DNA of 63,135 nucleotides, the filler included, from Hausera hauseri (lineage: Eukaryota): NCBI GenBank assembly GCA_046269625.1. It is 10 parts of 10 records of this genome, joined end to end, with 100 filler letters (N's around TTAATTAATTAA, not from the genome) between each part and the next. Parts side by side here need not be neighbours in the genome. Positions count along the whole stretch, not along the records: positions 22,969 to 33,372 come from JBJURY010191082.1; positions 33,473 to 38,204 come from JBJURY010457690.1; 8 more parts are not named here. The stretch is one strand, 5' to 3'. Below, in pieces: positions 23,389-37,511 of this stretch; the stretch's first letter is position 1; each line of letters starts with the position of its first letter. Below the pieces are notes generated by a model that saw nothing but the letters and a program-made list of their open reading frames with translations, had not been told where the DNA came from and did no database searches. A program made the position numbers and the translations under genes.

Positions 23389-26300
23389 TTGCAGTCTTTT
23401 TTGAAAAGAACGGATCCATTATTGAACACAGAAGATTTATCAAAGCTTTATCTGCTTGTTAAGTCATCAAGGCTCATTATGCCCTCTGATGGGAATTCAA
23501 CGAGCGACAAACGCATTCTATCGGGAAAAGATGCACTGTTAGTCGTTTGGAAGAAAATTGTTTTATGCAAAAAGGATAAACGATTTTATTATCTGGTTTA
23601 CAATTCATCATTAATTTACAACGAAATTATTAGAAATTTTTTGCGACCGAATCTCTACCAGTACTTGTGCAAATTTTTGGATCAAGTCTGTAAAGCATTG
23701 GAAGAGGTGAACGCATCAAATTATTCACGGAGAGCTGGACTATCATTGTACCTTTTACAGAGTCACACTGATGCTGGTCATACAGAAGAAATCGTTCAGT
23801 CATCCGATCCGACGGCCCTATTTGTTGAAAAATATGCTCCACATCTTCTTAAAGAACTACCGATTATTTTCATAAACAACAATATTGGAAAGGCCAAAAA
23901 ATACCGGTGGTATGCAAAGAATATCCCGGAAATGCAAATTTTTGTTAGAACTTGTCGACTTCGAAACAGGAAAGACAAGGGAAAAGACGACGGATCATTA
24001 TTACTAGAGGCTAAGAAAATATTCATGACTCTAACCGAAACCAATGAAACGGGACCGGCACCGGATGCCAAGTCAGATTCTAAACTATCTACTATCACTA
24101 TAAATAAGATATCTGTGGAACAAAGGTGCGCATGTTTGTTCGAATGGGCAAAAATCACTCCAGAAAATAATTTACAACGTCTGTACACACTGTATTAGTA
24201 AAATTCAAGGCATAGTCAATGAAGAAATGCTTTCAATTGCACAAGAAACTGTACTGATTAATTATGAATTGACGGTTTGCGAAGCTGATGGAAGTAACTA
24301 TAAAATTTCTCCGGCTCTGCTAAAAATCCGAATGGTAGCCCTGGAAAAATGCCACTTACTTGTCGATAATATTATTCAATCTGGAAATTCCAGATTAATA
24401 GAGCTCGGATGTTCAGCTCTGTGGAACCTCTGTCTGTCATTATTGCAAGCCAACTTGCAAAAGAAAACCACGGGCCATTTATTTTTGATTGCTGATTCCT
24501 TGGAAAATATTGGATGTCTAAATTATCCTTTCTCTTGCCAAGCTCACATTGAGGTAGCAAAATGTTGGGCAAGAACCGAACAATCGAGTAATGCCATCGA
24601 ATATTTCAAAAAAGCAATACTTTTTGACGAAACAGGAGAATATTCCGAAATAATTGATTTCTTTGTTAATAAAATTCAATTGCGTGAAAAGCTATACGAA
24701 ACCCCGTCTGATCCTTGTGATCATGCTCTTCAACTGTTAGAGCAAGTTCAACCGTCGATCACGACTGGCGAGGTTTCTATTCAAAAACTACAACCTTTGT
24801 TGGCTAAAATAGGTCATTGTTTCTCGCCAGATGATTTTAAGGTGGTGCTCGACAATGGCATATCCATTGAACAGTCGGTGGTGTTCGACGAGGTCCAGGC
24901 TAAATATTTGAAAATGTCTTTTTGGGAAAATGCTACAACTTGATTAAAGACATACCTACAGCGTATTGGAAACATTGATGATAAAAAGAGAATGAACGTA
25001 TGGTCGGATCTGGTGAAATTGTCTCGAAAACTCCAGTTATAGGATATTTGTTGAGTGGCCGGTCATTACGTTGTGTTATATGATGACTGCCAGTAAAAGA
25101 ATCAGTTCCAGACAAATATCGAAAGTGTGTCGGTAAAGGGATCACGAAATCCAGATAACGCTACGGTCAGTTAACCAAACACCTTACCGGTAGAACCACT
25201 AATGGTGGAGAATAAACTATTTGAACCATCAGATGATGCGAAATCCAAGAAAAGAGAAGACAGTGACAGTGCTGGTGGGGTCATCGTAAAACGTGGTAGA
25301 TATGAGAAAGAGTTAGTGAAGATCTTCGTTGACGTTTATTTCATTAGAGCAGAGGCTTTTGTACAGTCATTACGAAATGAAGGTGCCCAGCTATTTACGT
25401 TTCCAGAACAACCCAAAGATCTTAAGAAACATCCAAAGGGTTATGTAAAGATACAATGAAAGAAGACGCAGATTGGAGAAATTTTTGTGAGGTTTTGAAA
25501 AGAATTTTCGAAATGATCGTTAGCTGCTTTACTCAAACTGTAGCAATATCGATTGATCCCCAAGAACAGTGGATCACATGGAATGCAGCAACATACTTAT
25601 GGAACTATAGTATTCATATTATTACACTCGTCAAGCCTGAGATTCTCGCATCGAGTTTTCAGATTATTTATGACATAATTCGCCATGTCATGAATGAACA
25701 TGGCGGAACCTTTGGTTCAGTATGGCCTTATCTTGGTTAATGGAATGGTCCAACGATATATGCCGAATGTAAATTTTGCCATTACCTGAATTTTTAACGT
25801 TCCAATATCTGCTAATGCTGGCGATAAGAAAGGCAAGGAAGGACTAGATTCGCCGAAAACTTAAACAGTTTCACCTGCTGCACAGGTTGACCAGACGGCT
25901 ATTTTTCGGAAAACCATGGAAATTTGTAAATATCTTATGGACTACACAACATATGTCAATATACCGAATTTGGACAATGTTAATTCAGCGAATAATAGCA
26001 ATAAGGCAATTCTGTTCTCTAAATTGATTGATATTCAAGTAAAAGCTTGACTTGGTAAAATGTGGGCACAATATAAGTAAGTGTTACAACAAGGTATAGG
26101 TAGATAATTGGGCGTTGCTGATCCGGAATGTGAAAGCTGTAAGACAGGAAATATTCGGGCAATAACGGCAATAAATATGTTGTAGATTAGTCAAAACGAG
26201 TTGTACAAATTTTCGGATACTCCGAGTATCGATGAAGGCATTAAACTGGCGGAGAGTTGCCAATGGTCCCAGAAATCCTTTCCCATGCAACGTTTTCTTA

Positions 26301-26600
26301 AACTGTGTCATTACATAATGAACGTCGGTTTATCAAATACATTGGTAAAAAACAAGATAACTCGAAAAACTCACACCGATATTGTTTCACATCTTCATGC
26401 AAGCATCAATCAGGTGTTGATGCAATCACGAACATTGAGTCGGGGTTTTGTAAGATTTCGATTAAGGAAAATTACTTACTAACTATTGACAAACTGTTTA
26501 TGGAGCTCTCTCGCATATTCAGTTGTTTGCCACCAACGAAGAAAAAGCCGTTAGTACCAGATAACCGAATTCGAGCTAATATCGAAATTTTTTATGGTGA
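23389..26600 (+). pseudogene. CFAP46: CFAP46 (TTC40) N-terminal part, intronless processed fragment with stops and frameshifts
   Basis: RFYYLVYNSSLIYNEIIRNFL, LWNLCLSLLQANL, CQAHIEVAK, REKLYETP..D.ALQLLEQ and WITWNAATYLWNY match CFAP46 motifs; coding blocks are collinear with no evident introns. 3' boundary approximate. Confidence 0.85.
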
Positions 26601-26920
26601 CCTCAGAAGTGAAAGATTCATTATCAATACGAAAAAAGTGATGAATCGTCAAGTTCTCCAATTGTCGTTAAAGGTAGCTTGTTGCTTACTGAAAAAAAAC
26701 GACGCACCGGTCAATAAAGTCCAAATTACCGATCCCTCGGACTCGTCCATGTCGATTGTTCTCGTGCCATGCACTCCGCGGGAATATTTGAACCTCAGCG
26801 AATTCTCGGACATCGTCAATAAGGGTAATCCAGTCGAGAGAACATGTCATATTTGGCAAAATCCTGCAGACGTCTTAACGTCAGAGACATTCAGACAGGT
26901 TGAAGTTCTTTTTGCAGATT

Positions 26921-26952
26921 TTCGCCCACCAATGCGATCATTGTGCCACTAC
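26921..26952 (+). repeat. 3' terminus of the 5' LTR of copy 4 (inverted repeat of the LTR start at 31945-31984)
   Basis: TTCGCccaccaaTGCGATCAttgtgcCACTAC is an imperfect reverse complement of TGTAGTGcctgaaatgTGATCGCActgggggtttaGCGAA; AATAAA at 26713. Confidence 0.6.
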
Positions 26953-29900
26953 TCTGCGGGCGGCATGCTCAAACCTCTCCCTCATCCAAACAAAAATAGC
27001 TCATATTACCTCACAGCAATTTTCTTTTCTTGCTTTTAGCAATAACCAGCATATAAAAACCATAAGAGCTCCATTGAACAACAGTACAGCTCTTATACAA
27101 CTCTTTATCCTCCTTATTTAATACTTTTGACTTCTAGTTCACCTATCGAGGTCTTATTATACATTCTACCGACTCTTTACTGTTCTCATGTCACAAACAC
27201 CCGATCATCCATCTTACGCTTCACTTTCGCCTTCGGGGTAAATCGGAACCAAATCCATCTTTCTTGGACGAGACATCTACAAATACATACAATATCTATT
27301 GCTTACCAAATTCACAACAACCACGAACTTCGCTGAATCTACCTTGTGTGGATTTTTTTCTTGACAAAAACAATTCTATTAAACCATGACTCCAATTCCA
27401 CCAACAGTAATTAAAATATAACATCACTGATTATTTTGTGCGAGCCAACAATCTTTTAATTCTTCTGCCTACTAATGTTAAGCAGCAGATCAGAAACATC
27501 TCCGAACTGCTTCAATCCTCGACACCTTACGAAACACTCTGTGAGGTAGTACTCCACAACACGGATCCTCGATTGACAACATTATATAAAAATACTTCAC
27601 CGACCATGCTATAAGAAACCAAAAGCTATCCGATTTTCTTAAAACGGCCATTTTGCAGCTTAGCGCCTTAGGCGTAACGCCTACGAAAAACGCGGATTTA
27701 ATTAGCCATTATTTCTTGTCGCCTTTGCCCACCTCAATTAGAGCCTTGCTTGCCATTGTCGACGAGTCTACTGCTATTGAAAAACTGGCCATAATGACTA
27801 ATACATCCTTTAAATTCCTCCATTTTACAAGCTATAGACACAATATTCTTCACTCAACAGTTTTTAATGATTTGAACCATTATAGCAGTCAATTTCGGCC
27901 ACTACCACCCAACTGAACAATATTAAGGGGCCTCAGTAAAGTGAAGTCAGACCTTCAAGGAAGCGAAACACTTCAAGGCACTCTACGCGATCAATTTCAC
28001 CTGGCGGATGCATGGCTTGCTTCTATTATACGAGGTTTTGAAAGGATGCAAAAAAATATTTTTTGGGCTGCGGGTTCTACAGCGAATGATACACTGTGGA
28101 CAACCCTATTTGCATCTACCACAATAAGTTCCAGTCACAGGCTATATCATGTGTGCCTGGTTGCAAATATTACCAAAATAAATCTCTTCTTTTTTTCTCT
28201 CATTCTTATGTTTTTCCAAATCCTTCAAGAAACTAAGAAAGCCGCCAGATTTCATGGCACATTCTTCTATAGGCAGTACATTGAATTCTTCTGGCCGTCT
28301 TAATACCACCTCTGCAGTCTTTCTGTTGAAATCTGCAGTTTTCTCTGACAATTCATTAAATATAGACTTTCTCATTGACTCTGGGGCCGCCTTTTCCCTT
28401 TTATAGCTACCTTCCGCTACAACGTCCAACAATTTCCCTTCGCCTCAACTCTTCACAGCCAGTGGACATCCTTTGCACATTGTTGGCACCACAGAGCTCA
28501 CTTTTACCTTCCACCATTTACCAGACAAGTTTGTTTGGAAGTTCTTCATCGCTAACATAAATTCACCAATAATCAGCTAAAATTTCCTAGCCGCACACGA
28601 TTTGTTCGTTGATTGTAAATACGGCTATCTGCTGTGCAGGAACTCGATAGCAAATCCAATCAAATGTCTTACAGACAATATAGAGAGCAATGCATTTCAC
28701 TCCTCTATAAATATGTTAAACGTCTCGTCAACTATTGACAAAACCTTCGATAAAGTCTGTATTTCTTCAAATATGAATAGCAATTACAAATCTATTTTAA
28801 AACAAAATCCAAATTGGGTGTTGACAGTAGCAATGCCAGTTGCTTTTCGTCAATTACTGAAACTGCTTCTGATAATATGCATCAACCATTATTATCTCTC
28901 GACTCCGATCTTAGATCATACATCACAACGTCTTGCTTTTGCATAGTTAAAAGAGACATCAACTTCAAGCCTCCATCCTCAACTTATCATCATATAGTAA
29001 CAGAGCATCAGAGGCCTATCAAACAAAAGGTCAGACACATGTCGACACGCAAACATAAAGCTGTGAAACAGCAATTTAATAAACTGGAAAAGTCTGGCAT
29101 CATTCGGTGATTGAATTCACCTCGGGTTTCTCTTATTCATGTAGTAGCAAAGAAAGATGGTACTTATAGGCCATGTGGCGACTATCGACAATTAAACAAC
29201 CTGACCATTAGAGATGCTATCCACTACCACTCATTAAGGATATCCTTAATAACCTCAATAACACCGATATCTACTTTACCATTGATCTGTACAAGAACTA
29301 TCATCAGATTCCTGTTGCACATGATCACATTCCAAAAGCTGTTGTCGTAACACCATTTGGCCTTTATAAATTCATATTGATGCCTTTCGGCCTACGTAGC
29401 TCATCTAAGACCTTTCAACGCCATATTGACACCGTACTCTCAGGTCTTGATTTTGCTCATACATATATAGACGTCATACTAGTCGCTTCCACCTTTATTA
29501 AACAACATCATAAGCATCTCCAAATTATTTTCCGCAGATTGCATCAAAGCAACCTGCAAATTAATTTCTCCAAATGTAATTTCTTCCAGAAACGCATCAA
29601 CTTTTTGGGTCACATAATTATTCCCGATGGTCGTTCCCCCAGCTTGATCGCTTACAACAGTTGAAAAATGTGACATTACCAACTACTACTACCGACATTA
29701 GAAGTTTTCTAGGGACACTGCATTTCGTACACAAATATGTGCCACACTGCTCCAAACTGACGGCACCTTTCACACACCTCTCATACGGGAAGAAAAGACA
29801 ATTAATCTGCTGGATTCCTGATCTAATAAACCAATTTAATCGCCTTCGTGAAGGTCTATAAACCGTCAAAATCCTGGCTTTTCCAAAACCAAACGCGGAA

Positions 29901-31944
29901 CTAATACTAACCACCAATGCCTCAACTACAGTCACTAGTGCGATATTACGCCAAATATACAATGGTGTCGATGAGCCGTTAGAATTCTATTCCGGAAAGC
30001 TCACGCAACCAGAAAGCCGATACTCAACATTCGATCGTGAACTCCTGGTCATAGTTCTATAGGTAAAGCATTTCACGAATTTGCTTCTATCACGTCAATT
30101 CGTCATCCAAACCGACCATAAACCTCCACTTCATATCATGACGTTAAAACAGCCATCACCCAGACAAGAATGACAGATATCATACCTTTCGACATTTAGT
30201 TTTTCTATGAAATATATTTCAGGCACCAAAAATTTAGTCGCAGACTTTTTGTCCCTGTCGGTCAGCTCAATTGTAGTTCAGCCAGTTTTCTCCTCTGAAA
30301 TCCCGAGAAGTAATCAGCCATCATCTGATATCCTCCAAGCTTTTAAATATATTGAGATTATTAATGGCATTAATTACGACACATCTAACTCGACTAATAA
30401 AAAAGTCATTCTTGCTCCATCGTTACAAAAGACAGCTTTCACTCACTTTCACACTCTTCATTATCCGGGTTCGAAAGTCACATTTCGTCTACTGCAACGC
30501 CACGTTATATGGCCAACTATGCGTACAGACGTACAGGTCTGGGTTAAGGGATGTGTAGCATGTCAGAAATATAAAGTCCATAAACACCTAAAGACACCAC
30601 TTTACCACTTCCCTTGTACGTCTCGTTTTGACACCGCTCATTTGGATCTTGTCAGTTCTCTACCATCCGATAACGGCTATCAATACGTCTTATCTATAAT
30701 GGATCGCGCTTCTCGCTGACCGGAAGCCTTTCCTCTTTAATCAACCAATGCCGATTCGGTAGCAGATGCCTTTATCAAAATATGGATCAGCCGCTTTGGT
30801 TCGCCACGTCACGTTATAAAGGATCAGGGTCCGCAATTTGAAGCTGATCTTTTTAAATCTCTGGTAAAGCACTTGGGGATAGCCCATTTCCATACAACAC
30901 CGTACCATCCCCAAGCAAATGGTCTTCTTGAAAGGTTTTAACGTAAAATGAAAATTTCCTTGAAAATCTTGGCAAACAACAGTCATAACTGGACCTCAAT
31001 TCTTTCTCTTGCCCTACTCGTTTAGCGCAACATGCCATCCACCACCACACGTTGTGTTCCAGCTGAGGCTCTTTTTAAGAAACCAATTTGTGCCCTATTT
31101 GAGCTCTACAATCTCGATGAAAGTCCGTCAGATAAAGTTATTCGAGCGGCACAGTCTTACTTTGTAGATTTCAATTCAAACACCTTCTGCCGCCTTATAA
31201 ATAAAGACAAATCGTATATTCCAGAGAACCTATACTCAGCCAAGTTTGTATGGCTGAAGGATCCGTCACCTTCGGGTTTTCGGCCTCAGTACGTTAATCC
31301 TTATAAACTACTCAACCTTTCTTCGCAAAACGCTAATATTTTACGTAAGGACAGACCTCAAAATGTACACATTTCTAATCTTGAGCCAGCATTCTTCGTT
31401 GATGATGACCAGGACAACAGCCTGCCCTGTTTCAAATCTTAACTCTAACTTCTCTGCCCTCGGGCCATCGTCTACTGTCCGCGATGATTTTGATCCGTTG
31501 CAGCTGTCGCTATCGCGTCACAATCAGATCATTTCATTTCCTCCATCGTTCACTGCTCATTCGCCACTTACTTCGTCGTAATCGCCTGCAAATCCACCAC
31601 TCATTTCACCTTCATCGCATGATTCGCTTCAATCTTTAGTCTTGCTTTCTTCGCGTAATCCTTTTTTCTTTTCAGCTTTTCTTCCACTCTCACCTCTTCA
31701 TAATCATCCTCCAAAAACACCACAAAATTTATAGCATCTCTCCCTCGAACAACTCCACAAGAACCAGCAACATTTAACAGGTCACGCCAAGTGACATTTA
31801 GGACCTGCAGTAAGCAGAAGTTCTTAGATGGAATCTAACGTCTGACACATACCAAAACCGAATAGGTACAAGCTTCTCCTTTTCTTACGATATACTACGT
31901 TTATTTTTCCTTCTTTATAATCTTTATTTTACCACGGGGGGTGA
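26953..31944 (+). mobile_element. Ty3/Gypsy family A copy 4, full internal region (gag-pro-RT-RH-IN, degraded) with PPT
   Basis: FLIDSGAA, RPCGDYRQLN, MPFGL, YIDV, CVACQKYK, DQGPQFE; PPT GGGGGGTGA before TGTAG at 31945. Confidence 0.95.
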
Positions 31945-33372
31945 TGTAGTGCCTGAAATGTGATCGCACTGGGGGTTTAGCGAACTGGTAAGGAGATTTT
32001 CCCCGCCATGTGACTATAATATTAATTTCGTTACTTTTGATCGGAAGTAGTTTGATTTTATTGGTATTTTGTTTTCCTTGCAAAATTTGAAATTTTGTAG
32101 CATTTATTTGAATTTTTGTTCTCAACTAAGAATTTCATTTGGTGTATAGAATGTAAATAGTTGAGCCAGTTTGTGTTTGATGGCTTATTTAAATCCATTG
32201 TGATAGTACCATTGGTGATCGTTCTGTAGATGTAACGTTCCATTTTGTTGATTTCAGTTACTGTCTAGTTAACAATTTATTATTCGACAGTTTGTACATA
32301 TATTATAAAGTTATATGCCGTTTTTGTCTGTGTGTCTGCTATTGTTTTTGGGCAAGTCAAATGTTGATAACTATCAATTTCAATGTGTTTGTACATGATT
32401 AACTACGTTAAAAAATAATACAATTGATTAATCTGAACATTTGAATTTTTGACCCTTTTTTCATTGTACCAAATGTCGGAATAATCGTTGGAACGACATT
32501 TACAACTTACAATTCTTTGTAATTTCAGTCATTGCAGAATTAATCAACTTTTCTTTTCTGCGCAAAGCAGACAATTCTTGAGTCAGATATTAGAGGTTTT
32601 TTTTCTTCATTTTATAAGTTGGGCTTGTTTAATAGTTTTTCTGGTGGAAACACTTCAAATGTGATTATTAAGGTATTTTTGGACAAAACTGAATCCAATT
32701 TTCTTAGTTGATAAAAATTTGGAAAACCACTTGGAATGTTGCGTTCACTTTCTAGTTTCACGTAACATACCGATCTTCTATCCGTTTTTATTTTGTCTGA
32801 GCATATGACGTCACCTTGTTAATGCAGTAGAGACATTTGAATTATTCCACGAAAAGGCCATTCCAACGTTTCATAATCTTCACCTTTCACCAATGCAAGA
32901 AATACAGATAATTGTGTATATCTGCCAACACCGTCACCATCCGGATATACTGTAATACAGAATTGGTACTGTTGGATACTGAACGTACCACTGGTAATGA
33001 TTACATTGTTTTTTCTTTTTTCGTTGAAATTGGTTAATTTCCAAATGTAGGTATTCATAATGAATGAAATCAGTATATAGGTACATGCTTATATATACAA
33101 TATTGTAGCCGATCAGAGAGCAGGAAATTTACAGACTGTAACGTCTGTAAGCCACACTTTATTCCTATCTATCCAATGACGCTTGTCATCAAACGGGTCC
33201 AGCGCTTTCTTCTTTCCTTGTATTGTCATTTGTGAGGATATAATTGATAACAGAAGTTCTAAATTTAAATCAGATACAATTTTAAATTTAAATTGAGATT
33301 GTAATTTGGAATAATTTAGAAAAATTTAATTAATATTAATTAATTAAATTTTTTAAGGTAATATTGCAAATC
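31945..33372 (+). repeat. 3' LTR of copy 4 (truncated by contig end), carrying MATH cargo
   Basis: TGTAGTG directly after the PPT; contains the segment shared with 22969-23260. Confidence 0.65.
32612..33058 (-). pseudogene. Stand-alone TRAF-type MATH domain gene, one internal stop
   Basis: YIWKLTNF..SGTF..YQFCITVYPDGDGVGRYTQLSVFLALVKGEDYETLEWPF; the frame continues past the stop to GFPNF..NTLIITFEV; intronless. Confidence 0.85.
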
Positions 33373-33472
33373 NNNNNNNNNNNNNNNNNNNNNNNNNNNN
33401 NNNNNNNNNNNNNNNNTTAATTAATTAANNNNNNNNNNNNNNNNNNNNNNNNNNNNNNNNNNNNNNNNNNNN

Positions 33473-36400
33473 ATATATCTGCTAAACTGGTCTATGATGG
33501 CCAATATATATTTTTTCTTCCTCCAGGTTTCTTTTAACGGTCCGCAAATATCAATGTAGATCTTCTCGAGTGGTTCGTTTGCAGTTAGTCTCAGGATCTC
33601 TTTCTTCGTACCCGTTGTCACCGTCTTGTTTCGTTAACATGCCTCACAGCGTCCAATCACTTCCTTGACGGTGTCTTTTAGGCTAGTCATATCGTAGTTA
33701 CTGCTTATGTATTTTGTTAATTTTTCTATTCCGGCATGGGATAGCATGGCGTGGCGTATCCATATCTTGCTTTTTGTGTCTTTACTATGCCATTTTTTAC
33801 TATGAATTTCGAATTCTCTTTCTTTTAGATGTCTTCTTTTATTTCTTCAATTTCTTTGCTGTCTTTTTGACATGGATATGCTTCTGTCGATTCTACTGAG
33901 TTTATCCTTCGAGTCTTGATCTTATGGGTTTGGGCCTCTTCGTGAGCTAACATGCATTTGCTGCATGTGCCGCAATTGGTCCGGGATAACATATCGGTGT
34001 TTGCGTGATCTGTTCCTTTCCTGTATTCCAGTTTTACATCTAGACTTGATAAATAGTTTATTCAGGTTTGGAATTGTGCCGTTATTGGCTTTTTTGTTTT
34101 CAACATGAAGGTAATGGCCCTGTGATCCGACCTCAGTGTGAACCTTCGCCCATAGAAGTAGTGATTAAAATATTGACAGAAGTAATATATGGCTACCAAC
34201 TGCTTTCGTGTAATACAATAACCCTTTTCGTGATTATTCATTCCGTGTGATCCGTATGCAATCACCCTTTCATGTTCGGTGCAGTCTTTATGTGATAATA
34301 CTGCTCCAATCGTATCAAAGCTAGCATCGGTATCCAGAATAAATTCTTTCTTGAAGTCTGGGAACCCTAGTATTGGTGGGAACGCCAATGCCATCTTCAG
34401 TGCTTCAAATGCTTCGTTGCAAGACTCGGTCCATACCAGTTTTTTGTTGTTTAGTCCGCACATCTGTTCTAATGCCTTAGCTTTTGTGGCATACCCTTGA
34501 ATAAATCTCCTGTAGTAATTGCAAATCCCTAAAAAGCTTCTCAGGCTTTTTACGCATTTTGGTTTCTCGAACGATTTGACGGCGTCCAGCTTGGATTGAT
34601 CAGTTTGTATGCCTTTGTTATTCACAATGTGTCCGAAGAATTTTACCTCCTTTTTTAAGATGCGTCATTCTTCTGGATTTATTCTCAGTCCCGCCTTTTT
34701 GATTTGATTTAGTACTTTCTCTAATATTATGTAATGTTCTTCTAATGACTTCGAAAAGATCAATATATCGTTTAGGTATACTATAGTTTGTTCGATATCT
34801 CCCAGTACTTTGGTCATTAGTTCTTGGAATGTACCCGGTGTTGCTGTATACCAAAAGGCATTCTGTTGAAACAAAATTGTCCCTGTTTAGTTAAAAAATC
34901 TGTTTTCAACTTGGATTCTTCCTCTACTTCGACCTGGTAGTATGCGTTTCCCAGATCGATTGATGTGAAATATCTTGCCCCATATAGTTTATCCACCATT
35001 TCCATCATATTCGGCATGGGGTATGCTTGCCTTTCTGTGACGAGGTTCAACTGTCTAAAGTCTAGGCAAATTCTGACGTCGTTTTTCTCTTTCTTCCAGA
35101 CGCAAATCATCAGAGTATTCCAAGGTGAATTACATTTCTTGATATTGTTGTCCCATAAGTTTTGGATTGTCTCATCGATTTTACTTTCTAAATTCACTGG
35201 TTGTCTATGCGGTTTGATGTTACTTGGTGCACATTTTCTGTCTATTCTATGCTTGATCAATGTTGTACAGCCGATATCCCATTTGTCCGTCATAAAGACT
35301 TCTTGGTTATTCCGCACTATGTCCAATACGACTGAGTTTTCGTTTATCCGCAGAATCTCCTCTCTTTTGAATCGTTCTTAATTCGTCACTTTTCGACCAA
35401 ATTTTCCTTCTAAGTTGCATATATTATACTTTTCTTCTTCCTCTTCTTTCTGTCGCCAACATAATTCGATTCCAAGTCTTGTAATTCCATTCCTCCAATT
35501 ATTTCTGGTGATATGTCTGTCACTACTATGAAAGTTACGCGCTTCTGTACACCCTTGATTTCCACATTTACGGACAGTTCACCCATGCAGTCCAGGGGGC
35601 TACCATTTGCACAACGGAGTGTGATATCTGATTTCTCCAGCTGAACATCTATCAATCTTTCAAAAATCTTCCTACTCATTACGTTCTCCCGTGCCCCTGT
35701 GTCTAATAGGCAGTCTTCCAATTTATCTTGTATCTTTATTTTTATAATTGGCCGTCCTTGTAGTTTATTAAACGTGATCTGCTTTTCCGACAGTCCTTCC
35801 AGGGAAAAATCCCCTCTTCATGGAGGCTCTCGTTTTGACGTTCTGTAATTCGTACTTTTTTGTTTTTGTCTCCAAATGTTTCCTTTTTTATGAACCTCCG
35901 TACCTTTTCCTCTGTTCTTCCCTTCATTTCTTTAATGCCTTGTCCATTCTTTTGAATATTTTGGGAGCCTTTGGAGTTGTTTAATGTAGTGCCCAGACTA
36001 GCTCCACTTTTGTCGAGGCTCTGCCTTTTGGGTTTGTCGACTCTGTGATGGATTCTTTATAGTCCTCATCAATATTTGCAACGTATGCATGCCTTCTGTT
36101 CGCCCTTTCTCCACATCTTTTCTGACCATACCCCGCACGTTTAAAATTGTCGGTATACGTATTTTGTTCTCTTCTGCTTTTGTCCAATTTTGTATAGCAC
36201 TCTTCTTCCCTGTGCCCTCCATTGTGACATCGATTACATTTTATGTTTATGCAATTTCATCTTATGTGCCCTTGTTGACGGCACCAATAGCATACTACGG
36301 GTTTTCTTTCCGGGCAATTCCTGTTAATATGTCCTTCTTTCCCACAACCAAAACATCATGGTGCTTGTTGGAGGTTGCATGTCCGAATTGTATATCCGTC

Positions 36401-36723
36401 TTTCTGGCATGACCAGCATTTCATTCTACTCTTTACCTGCGTATTGTGCAGTATGAAATCCCTTCTTTCCTGTCACGGTTTATCAAATTTGTGTACTACC
36501 ACATCTCGATAATTCCGTCGACCCTCTCTAGTGTATTCTCTGACTGTGTTTATTTCTTCCGTCTTTGTTGCCACTTCGTGGACTTTTCGTATTTTCTCTT
36601 TGATTTGTTCGACGCTTTTTTCGTCACTGTGGTAGATTTCCTTTCTCATTTCTGAAATGTCGCAACAGGGGATCATTAATTCCTCTGTTAGAGCTTGCGC
36701 TGTTACTTTGTGGCTAAGGATGC
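33473..36723 (-). mobile_element. Ty3/Gypsy family B element (gag, protease, RT, RNase H, integrase start; degraded)
   Basis: LLDTGAREN, RICLDFRQLN, YLNDIL, LDTDAS, IYIDICGPL..IIDQFSRY; 5' end interrupted by a family A LTR. Confidence 0.92.
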
Positions 36724-36870
36724 TGTGATGTCCGTGGCGGCCGGCGCCCTCTGGCCCATTTGGTTGGACACGGCCGGGCTACCGTCACGTCGGACCCATA
36801 GGCGGGCCTCGATCTTCCGCCTCAAAAAAAATTTTCGACAGTTCCGATTTCCCGTCACTTAAGTTTAATC
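36724..36870 (+). repeat. Family A LTR head inserted into family B gag
   Basis: TGTGATG start; CGGCCGGCGCCCTCTGGCCCATTTGGTTGGACACGGCCGGGC homologous to 1892-1990 and 54690-54798; no PPT in front. Confidence 0.75.
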
Positions 36871-36890
36871 CCAGTAGTCAAACCTCACAA

Positions 36891-37511
36891 TTGTCATCCG
36901 GTAATTTCAGTTACAGCATTTACAACAAAAACAACCAAATCAATTATCATCAAATGTTTATGAAATCGGGGCATACCACTGGGCACACATCGGACCATAC
37001 AACAGAATTTTCAATTCAACAAGAAGATTTTCCAGCTCTTCCAGTTGCCAAAAATCCAGCATCCACTGTTGAATCACAACGATCCTCTTCTGCAGCTGGT
37101 TTAGTCATCACGACGTCCGACAATAGCATTTGTCATCCCAGTTCCAGTGGATTGTGGTCATTTTCTCATACTTTGTCCAGTCGGGTCAGTGTATCAGATT
37201 CCCACAATTCTCAGAAATATCCGAATTGCTGTGATTCACAGAGCCATAAGCAATTGTCCCATTTGTCGACAAACTCATCTGTTCCGTCGACAAATAACAG
37301 TTCCCAACAGAGTAAACATATACAGAAGAAAATTATTCTCCATCAGAACAATTATATCACTAATATTCCAAACGAAATGGTCTCAGATGCTTTCGGTCTC
37401 ATAGCCCTTGTCAAATTGATCGGGGTCAATGATACTCATGAAAATATGAATTTACTTGCGCCGGGTCTGGATTCATTGACGTTAAATCGAGAGTTAAGTT
37501 CTGCAAAGTAA
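36891..37511 (+). pseudogene. CNOT2: CNOT2 (Not2) internal fragment directly after the LTR head
   Basis: EFSIQQEDFPALP and ITNIPNEMVSDAFGLIALVKLI..LAPGLDSLTL match CNOT2 motifs; the NOT box is missing. Confidence 0.8.

Noticed and set aside
36735-36830. HDV-like ribozyme in the LTR head (starts GGCCGG)
   Set aside because: I could not build P2/P3/L3 or the J4/2 catalytic C; only a simple stem is supported.
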